Source of the DNA: a virus
Taxonomy: Duplodnaviria; Caudoviricetes
Strand: one strand, 5' to 3'
IMG/VR virus record: IMGVR_UViG_3300020036_001753
Span: 26,847 to 90,846 of that record
DNA length: 64,000 bases
The notes under the pieces are model-generated. The model had not been told where the DNA came from and ran no database searches. It was given only the letters and a program-made list of their open reading frames with translations. Both the position numbers and the translations under genes were made by a program. Below are positions 57,995 to 64,000 of the stretch, piece after piece; the first letter of the stretch is position 1; every line of letters starts with the position of its first letter.

Positions 57995-60442
57995 ATGCAA
58001 GAATTAATAAGAGAGCCAATAAATACTAATCTGCTTCAACGTTATATTGATGAATGGCTTAGCCATGTTAATACCACACACAATTGGAAAAGACTTCATC
58101 AAATTTTAAGCAATTTGCTTATGGGTGTGGTATCTGCAACAGATACTCATATAGGGAGTACCGATTTAACTTTAACTTCAAATAGAACTTTAGCTGGTGC
58201 TGGTTATAATTTTACTATTAATAATGTAGCTAATTTATTGCTTAGTGCAACTACTGATATTAATTTAACTAGTGCAAATCAATTACATATTACATTACCT
58301 AGTACTGCAACTGCTCCAGTTGGCGCTCCTTTATTAAATACTTTATATGGTATGGGAGTAATGGAATTAGCTGGTTATGGTTTTCCTACGTCTTTAACTG
58401 TAGTAGATGATAATAAAATGCTTGTTTATAATCATATAAGTAAAGCATTTGTAACTCAAACACAGCCTTCTGCTGTTGGAGGTTTTACTCCTGGTTCTGT
58501 TTTATTTGCTGATACTGATGGTTCTATTACAGAAGATAATTCTCAACTCTTTTGGGATAAGACTAACAATTACTTTGGTATAGGAACTGCCGTACCAAGC
58601 TATCGTTTAGATGTAACAGGAAACACTAGATTAGGTCAAACTAATGCTGCTTTAGGACTTGAAAGTGCTGTTGTTGTAACTCATTTATGGAATGATGCAG
58701 GAGTTACTCCAACTACTTTATTGATGTCTGCTACAGATACTCTCTCTCCTTCAAATTCATTAATAATTCAAGCTTTAGTAAATTTAACATCTATATTTAA
58801 AGTTCGTAAAGATGGTAGAATTACTACTGCCGAAACAGTTGAATTTACAAATACTTTAACTCAACAAACTACTCCTACAGGATTTCTAACTCTTTCCGGC
58901 TCTAATAATGGTACTATTCAATATTCTACAGTAGGTAATTTACAAACAGCTTTAGGAATAGATGCTGCTGCCCTAACTGCTGGCTACATTGCCTACGGCA
59001 CAGGTTCAGGTATTACAGGTGAATCAGGTTTCTTTTATAATACTACTGATAATAGAATGGGATTAGGTACAGATACACCTATGACAAAACTTAATGTAGT
59101 AGATACCATTAATACTTCCCCAAGAGGTATTTTATCTTCTCAATATTCTACAGATACATCAGGAGCAAGAGTAGGTTTCAGCAAAGCAAGAGGTACTGTA
59201 ACAGTACCTACGGTTATTGTAACAGGAGATGTTATAGGAAGTTTAGTATTTAGGGGGTATGACGGTACTTTTGCAAACTATGTAGAAAGTGCTTCAATTG
59301 AAGTAGTGTCCACAGGAACTATTGCAAGTGCTACAGGTAGAGTCCCCTCATATATGACATTTAGTACTTCTACAGATACCTCTCCATCTGTTTTAACAGA
59401 GAGAATGAGAATAACCAGTGCTGGATTTGTAGGAATTGCAACAACTCCCTCTTACGCACTAGATATTTTAAGTAGTTCTATAGGAGCAACTTCTGGTACA
59501 CTAGGTGCTCAATTACAAAATAATACTGTTGCAAGTGCCGGAAGTCAACAATATTCACCATCTTTTATATGGAAAGGAAATGGATGGAAAACTGCTGACG
59601 TGGCCGCATCTCAATCAGTTGAGTTTTATGCTTTTGTAGAAACAGTTCAGGGATCTGCTTCACCATCAGGAAAATGGGTATTAAGAAAAAGGATAAATGG
59701 TGTAAGTCCATCTGAAGTATTTAGTGTAACGTCATCCGGTGCAGGCTCTTTTCCTTCATCTGTCTCAGCTGTCTTATTCACCGGACGATTTGAAACATCT
59801 ACTGGAGGCATAGGAACAAATTTTACAGCTTTCTCAAATTTTATAAATGCCGATGCTGCAGGACTTTTAGGATCTGCCTCAACTCATTATAGATGTCATT
59901 TTGGAGGCTTTACAACTTCAACAATGACCGCGAATTTGAGTGCAGCATCTGTTATTTTTGGTGCTTCAGCTGCAACTATTGCAGCGTCAGGAACACACCC
60001 GCTTTTTGCTAATGTTGCGATTCGAGCGATGGGAATAACAGCAGGTGCTGGCACTTTAACCAATTCAGCAACACTCTACATAGAAGGTGCAGCTACAGCA
60101 GCAACAAATAATTATACATTATGGGTAGATTCGGGTACGTCTCGATTTGGTGGAAGGGTACAGTTTGGGCATGGAGCTGCTGTAGCCTCTGCTGCTACCA
60201 CCACATTAGGTAATGATGGTAATTTGTTCCATATTACCGGAACAACTAATATAGATAACATAAGTACTACTAATTGGCAAGCGGGTTCTAAAATAACTTT
60301 AATATTCGATGGAGTATTAACGGTTGGTGATGGAACTGGTAATATGATATTAGCAGGTAATTTTACTACTGCTGCAAATAGTACATTATGTTTAATATAT
60401 GATGGAACCTCTTGGTTTGAACTTTCAAGATCAACTAACTAA
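57995..60442 (+). CDS. Tail fibre / receptor-binding protein 1
   Basis: 815 aa, T/G/S/A-rich; N-terminal 38 aa and C-terminal ~95 aa shared with 61082-63472. Confidence 0.75.
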   Translation: MQELIREPINTNLLQRYIDEWLSHVNTTHNWKRLHQILSNLLMGVVSATDTHIGSTDLTLTSNRTLAGAGYNFTINNVANLLLSATTDINLTSANQLHITLPSTATAPVGAPLLNTLYGMGVMELAGYGFPTSLTVVDDNKMLVYNHISKAFVTQTQPSAVGGFTPGSVLFADTDGSITEDNSQLFWDKTNNYFGIGTAVPSYRLDVTGNTRLGQTNAALGLESAVVVTHLWNDAGVTPTTLLMSATDTLSPSNSLIIQALVNLTSIFKVRKDGRITTAETVEFTNTLTQQTTPTGFLTLSGSNNGTIQYSTVGNLQTALGIDAAALTAGYIAYGTGSGITGESGFFYNTTDNRMGLGTDTPMTKLNVVDTINTSPRGILSSQYSTDTSGARVGFSKARGTVTVPTVIVTGDVIGSLVFRGYDGTFANYVESASIEVVSTGTIASATGRVPSYMTFSTSTDTSPSVLTERMRITSAGFVGIATTPSYALDILSSSIGATSGTLGAQLQNNTVASAGSQQYSPSFIWKGNGWKTADVAASQSVEFYAFVETVQGSASPSGKWVLRKRINGVSPSEVFSVTSSGAGSFPSSVSAVLFTGRFETSTGGIGTNFTAFSNFINADAAGLLGSASTHYRCHFGGFTTSTMTANLSAASVIFGASAATIAASGTHPLFANVAIRAMGITAGAGTLTNSATLYIEGAATAATNNYTLWVDSGTSRFGGRVQFGHGAAVASAATTTLGNDGNLFHITGTTNIDNISTTNWQAGSKITLIFDGVLTVGDGTGNMILAGNFTTAANSTLCLIYDGTSWFELSRSTN

Positions 60443-61077
60443 TGAAATACTTATTAATTTTACTATTAGTCTTCTCCTGTACTAAGGAAAGTTTTGTACC
60501 TCTTGAAGAGGTATATAAAACAGAAGAAGAGTACAATGAAGTTACAGGTAGAAGTTATAACAGTATAGTTTATCAAGCCAACCAACATGTAAGTAATCAT
60601 GGGTATGCTACATACCCAATGAATGAATGGAGTAAGACAGTAATATTTACAGAAAGTTGTAAATACACGACTGATGATCCTCTTAATCAAGATGATTGGA
60701 ATAAGTTATTTGGAGTAAGAAAGAGTGCTTTAAGTAATAGTAGAAATGGTGCTTATTTGGTATGGTGTTATCCTAATTATCCTATTGGTCATATTAATTA
60801 TGATAAAATTAGAATTGGTTGGTATCTTCATGATGATGATGGAGATTTTATACCAATGCCTCTATCGCAAACTGTTTATGTAAATATTAATGAGCCTGTT
60901 TACTTGTATCTTAAGAATTATAATAGTAACTTTGTGTACAGTTTGAACTGGAACACTTACTATATTAACAAAGCACAATATAATATAGACAATTTTAGTA
61001 ATGGTTGGAGATTGAGTCCTCATTTTGGAGGACAAGAAACTCCTGATCATAATGTAGTAATAACTATTAATAACTAA
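60442..61077 (+). CDS. Lipoprotein 1 paired with fibre 1
   Basis: MKYLLILLLVFSC-TKES lipobox; TAATG overlap with the fibre stop. Confidence 0.75.
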   Translation: MKYLLILLLVFSCTKESFVPLEEVYKTEEEYNEVTGRSYNSIVYQANQHVSNHGYATYPMNEWSKTVIFTESCKYTTDDPLNQDDWNKLFGVRKSALSNSRNGAYLVWCYPNYPIGHINYDKIRIGWYLHDDDGDFIPMPLSQTVYVNINEPVYLYLKNYNSNFVYSLNWNTYYINKAQYNIDNFSNGWRLSPHFGGQETPDHNVVITINN

Positions 61078-61081
61078 TATC

Positions 61082-63472
61082 ATGCAAGAGTTAATAAGAG
61101 AGACAATTTCTCATGATCTTTTAGAAAGATACATTAATGAATGGCTTAGTGTATCAAATACTAGTCACAATTGGAAGAGATTACATCAAATCCTTATTAA
61201 TATGAATGACAGTATTAGCGAAGCTATGGGAATTGATACTAGTATTTATGCTAATAATGGTACTTTAGCAGGAAATCGTGTTGTAACTGGTAATGGTAAA
61301 AGTTTACAATTTGCAGGTGTAGCAGGATTTAGCGTAGTTTCTTCTACTTTGATTAGTTTAACAGCTACACAAACTCTTACATTTAATAGTAGCGCTACTA
61401 CTACATTTAATGTAAATTCTTTACATTTAAATATAAATAGTAATTCTGGAAACGCAGGCGATGTTATAATGGCAGATGGAGCTGGAACTTGTAGTTGGCA
61501 GCCTGTTGTTGGAGGAGGACCTTCTGTTAACATCTATAATGCGAATGGAGCATTAACTAGTAATAGAACTCTAAGTGGCGATGATAATGAGTTACTATTT
61601 ACAAATTTGACGAAGTTTAGCATTGATAATACAGATGAAATTAACTTAATTGGAACTACTAGTAGTATAAATTCAACAGATTTTACAATAGAGGCTACTA
61701 ATCCTTATTTAATTACAGGTTCTACAGCAGCATCTTTGGCAGGAAGCCCTCTTGTAGCATTAACTTCTGCATCAGGTAATTTTGGTTTTGCTGCTTATGC
61801 TTTACCAACTAGTTTAGGTGTTGGAGACGATGGTAAAATACTACAGTATGATCATGGAACTACTAGTTTTGTTATGGCTACAGCTGCCGTTGATACTAAT
61901 ATCTATAATACTAACGGTAGTTTAACTGGAAATAGAACTGTTACAGGTGCTGGATTTACTTTCGCTATGACAGGTCTAAGTGGCTACACTCTTACAAGCG
62001 CTACAGGAAATGCTCAATTAACTGCTACTGCTGGTAATATTGGAGTAACTGCAGGTAGTGATATAAATATAACAACAGGCGCAGATTTAAATCTGAATGT
62101 TACAGGAGAAATAGCAATTTCTAACGCAGTTGCGCACGATGCTACTCCTGGAGCTTTTGCAGTATTTACGGATGTAGGATTTGGGCAACTGGCTTATATT
62201 ACTGCTGCTGAATTAATTACTGCAACAGGTGCTGTTACTAATAATATATATGCTGGTAACGGTACATTAGCTTCTAATAGAACTGTAAGCGGCGGCGGAT
62301 TATATAGTATAGCATTTAATAATACAACTGCTTCGACTTTTACAAGTAATGGATTGACTACAATTGGTAGTAATGTTGAAATAGATTTATTATCCTCTAC
62401 TGTTGATATTTTAACGGGAACACTTGGATTTAAGTCTACTGCAAGTGTTGTATCTATTTCTGCTTTAAAATCTCAAGGAGCTTGGTTTACAGGTGGTACT
62501 ACCACTACAAATAAACCTCATTTTCTTTTAGAGACTACTGGAGTTAATGTTTCTAATAATTGGAATATCGAAGGAACAGGATTAGGAATAAATTCTGAGA
62601 GTTTATTTACAGGAGATCTTATTAATTGTCAAGTAAACAGCAATAAAAAATTTATAGTGTCTGCTACTGGAACCTCTTATCTTGGGGGTGCCATTCAAAT
62701 AGCAGGTTCTGTTAATATAAGTACAGGAAATTTAACTGCAGGAACTGCTAACTTATCAGGAATCACAACTAATAATGGTGCTGACACACACTTTGTAAGT
62801 ACAGGAGTATTTACTGTTACTACTCCGCGATATTCTTATCTTGCTACAAAAACATTTCAACCAGCTGCCGTAGCTGGTACTTATAGTGGATTTGAATTTC
62901 AATCTATTATTAATCAGACAGGAACTGCATCAGGAGCAGTAAGAGCATTTTTCAGTAATCCTACTCTGACTTCTACTGTTAATTATAGAGGTTTTGAAGC
63001 AGGTAGTACTTTTGCTCCTACTTCTGGAACTGGAACTTTTTGGGGATTTGTCTTTGAAGCTACAATAAATCAAACTGGAGGCGCTTCGGGAATTACAAGA
63101 GGAGTTTACATTAATCCTACTTTAACTGCTGCTGCTGATTTTAGAGCAATTGATGTGGTAGCAGGTAGATCAACTTTTGCAGCAAGAGTACAATTTGGTA
63201 AAGGTGCAAACGTGGCAAGTGCTGCAACAGTAACACTAGGTAATGACGGTAATTTATTTCATATTACTGGTACTACTAATATTGACAATATTACAACTAC
63301 TAACTGGCAAGCAGGTTCTGAAATAGTACTTATTTTTGACGATGTTCTTACAGTTAATGATGGAACAGGTAACTTGCAACTTGCTGGAAATTTTACTACA
63401 AGTGCTAACGATACGATGAAGCTTATTTATAATGGAACCAGTTGGTTTGAACTTTCAAGATCAGTTAACTAA
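61082..63472 (+). CDS. Tail fibre / receptor-binding protein 2
   Basis: 796 aa; four IYxxNGxLxxNRxxxG repeats; termini paralogous to fibre 1. Confidence 0.75.
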   Translation: MQELIRETISHDLLERYINEWLSVSNTSHNWKRLHQILINMNDSISEAMGIDTSIYANNGTLAGNRVVTGNGKSLQFAGVAGFSVVSSTLISLTATQTLTFNSSATTTFNVNSLHLNINSNSGNAGDVIMADGAGTCSWQPVVGGGPSVNIYNANGALTSNRTLSGDDNELLFTNLTKFSIDNTDEINLIGTTSSINSTDFTIEATNPYLITGSTAASLAGSPLVALTSASGNFGFAAYALPTSLGVGDDGKILQYDHGTTSFVMATAAVDTNIYNTNGSLTGNRTVTGAGFTFAMTGLSGYTLTSATGNAQLTATAGNIGVTAGSDINITTGADLNLNVTGEIAISNAVAHDATPGAFAVFTDVGFGQLAYITAAELITATGAVTNNIYAGNGTLASNRTVSGGGLYSIAFNNTTASTFTSNGLTTIGSNVEIDLLSSTVDILTGTLGFKSTASVVSISALKSQGAWFTGGTTTTNKPHFLLETTGVNVSNNWNIEGTGLGINSESLFTGDLINCQVNSNKKFIVSATGTSYLGGAIQIAGSVNISTGNLTAGTANLSGITTNNGADTHFVSTGVFTVTTPRYSYLATKTFQPAAVAGTYSGFEFQSIINQTGTASGAVRAFFSNPTLTSTVNYRGFEAGSTFAPTSGTGTFWGFVFEATINQTGGASGITRGVYINPTLTAAADFRAIDVVAGRSTFAARVQFGKGANVASAATVTLGNDGNLFHITGTTNIDNITTTNWQAGSEIVLIFDDVLTVNDGTGNLQLAGNFTTSANDTMKLIYNGTSWFELSRSVN

Positions 63473-64000
63473 TGAGATATATAATTGTAATACTACTTTT
63501 CTTTTTCTCTTGTACTAAGGAATCTTTAGTACCTACTTATGATACAAAAGAAACTATATTAAAAGAAGAACCTTCTCTTAATAGAACTCTTAGTACTATT
63601 ACCTATTATGCCGGACAGCATATAACTAATCACGGTTATGTGACTTACCCTATGAATCAGTGGAGTTCTACTGTTGTATTTACTTCAAGCTGTAGATATG
63701 AAACTACTGATCCTCTTAATCAGGACGATTGGAATAAGTTATTTGGAGTAAGAAAGAGTGCTTTAAATCAGTATAAGAATGGCGCTTATCTAGTATGGTG
63801 CTATGTTCCATATTCAATTATAGGTAACGATACCATAATTGATAAAATTCGATTAGGTTGGTATCTTCATGACGATGATGGAGATTTTATACCAATGCCT
63901 TTAACTCAGACTGTTTACGCTAATCTTAATACACCTGTTTATTTGTATCTTAGAAATTATGAAACTAATTTCGTTTATAATTTAAACGGAGTTCCAGTAT
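63472..64000 (+). CDS. Lipoprotein 2 paired with fibre 2 (3'-truncated; missing from the ORF track)
   Basis: MRYIIVILLFFFSC-TKES...DPLNQDDWNKLFGVRKSAL...GWYLHDDDGDFIPMPL; TAATG overlap; open to the window end. Confidence 0.85.
   Translation, partial: MRYIIVILLFFFSCTKESLVPTYDTKETILKEEPSLNRTLSTITYYAGQHITNHGYVTYPMNQWSSTVVFTSSCRYETTDPLNQDDWNKLFGVRKSALNQYKNGAYLVWCYVPYSIIGNDTIIDKIRLGWYLHDDDGDFIPMPLTQTVYANLNTPVYLYLRNYETNFVYNLNGVPV

Noticed and set aside
57995-64000. Diversity-generating retroelement acting on the fibres
   Set aside because: No reverse transcriptase in the window, and differences between the shared ends are mostly synonymous rather than adenine-specific.

Overview
This window is about 64 kb of a crAss-like (Crassvirales-type) lytic phage genome. 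It is AT-rich, uses the standard genetic code, and most likely infects a Bacteroidota host. There are three blocks. (1) 1-9573 (+): a 5'-truncated virion-type RNA polymerase with the DFDID catalytic motif, then a large ejected/cargo protein with an HExxH motif. (2) ~9730-40200 (-): replication and nucleotide-metabolism genes (PolA, primase, DnaB-like, SF2 and RecD-like helicases, ligase, UDG, RecT-like, MazG-like), one tRNA, and an early-type region of small genes. (3) 40449-64000 (+): the late module (IHF-like, PD-(D/E)XK nuclease, TerL, portal, MCP, ring/auxiliary proteins, two tail-fibre plus lipoprotein cassettes). The most unusual signals are in the early region. A perfect 14-bp motif (AAACAACCTACTGA) occurs four times, each time just after a hairpin; three copies lie 41-43 nt before a start codon and one heads a GC-rich, multi-hairpin probable ncRNA. 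There is also a 157-nt tract with no G on the transcribed strand, and a tandem array of four diverged CxGCAATN paralogs. Elsewhere are an unannotated 59-aa protein that is half Asp/Glu, and paired fibre-lipoprotein cassettes. All assignments come from reading motifs by eye; no database search was run.
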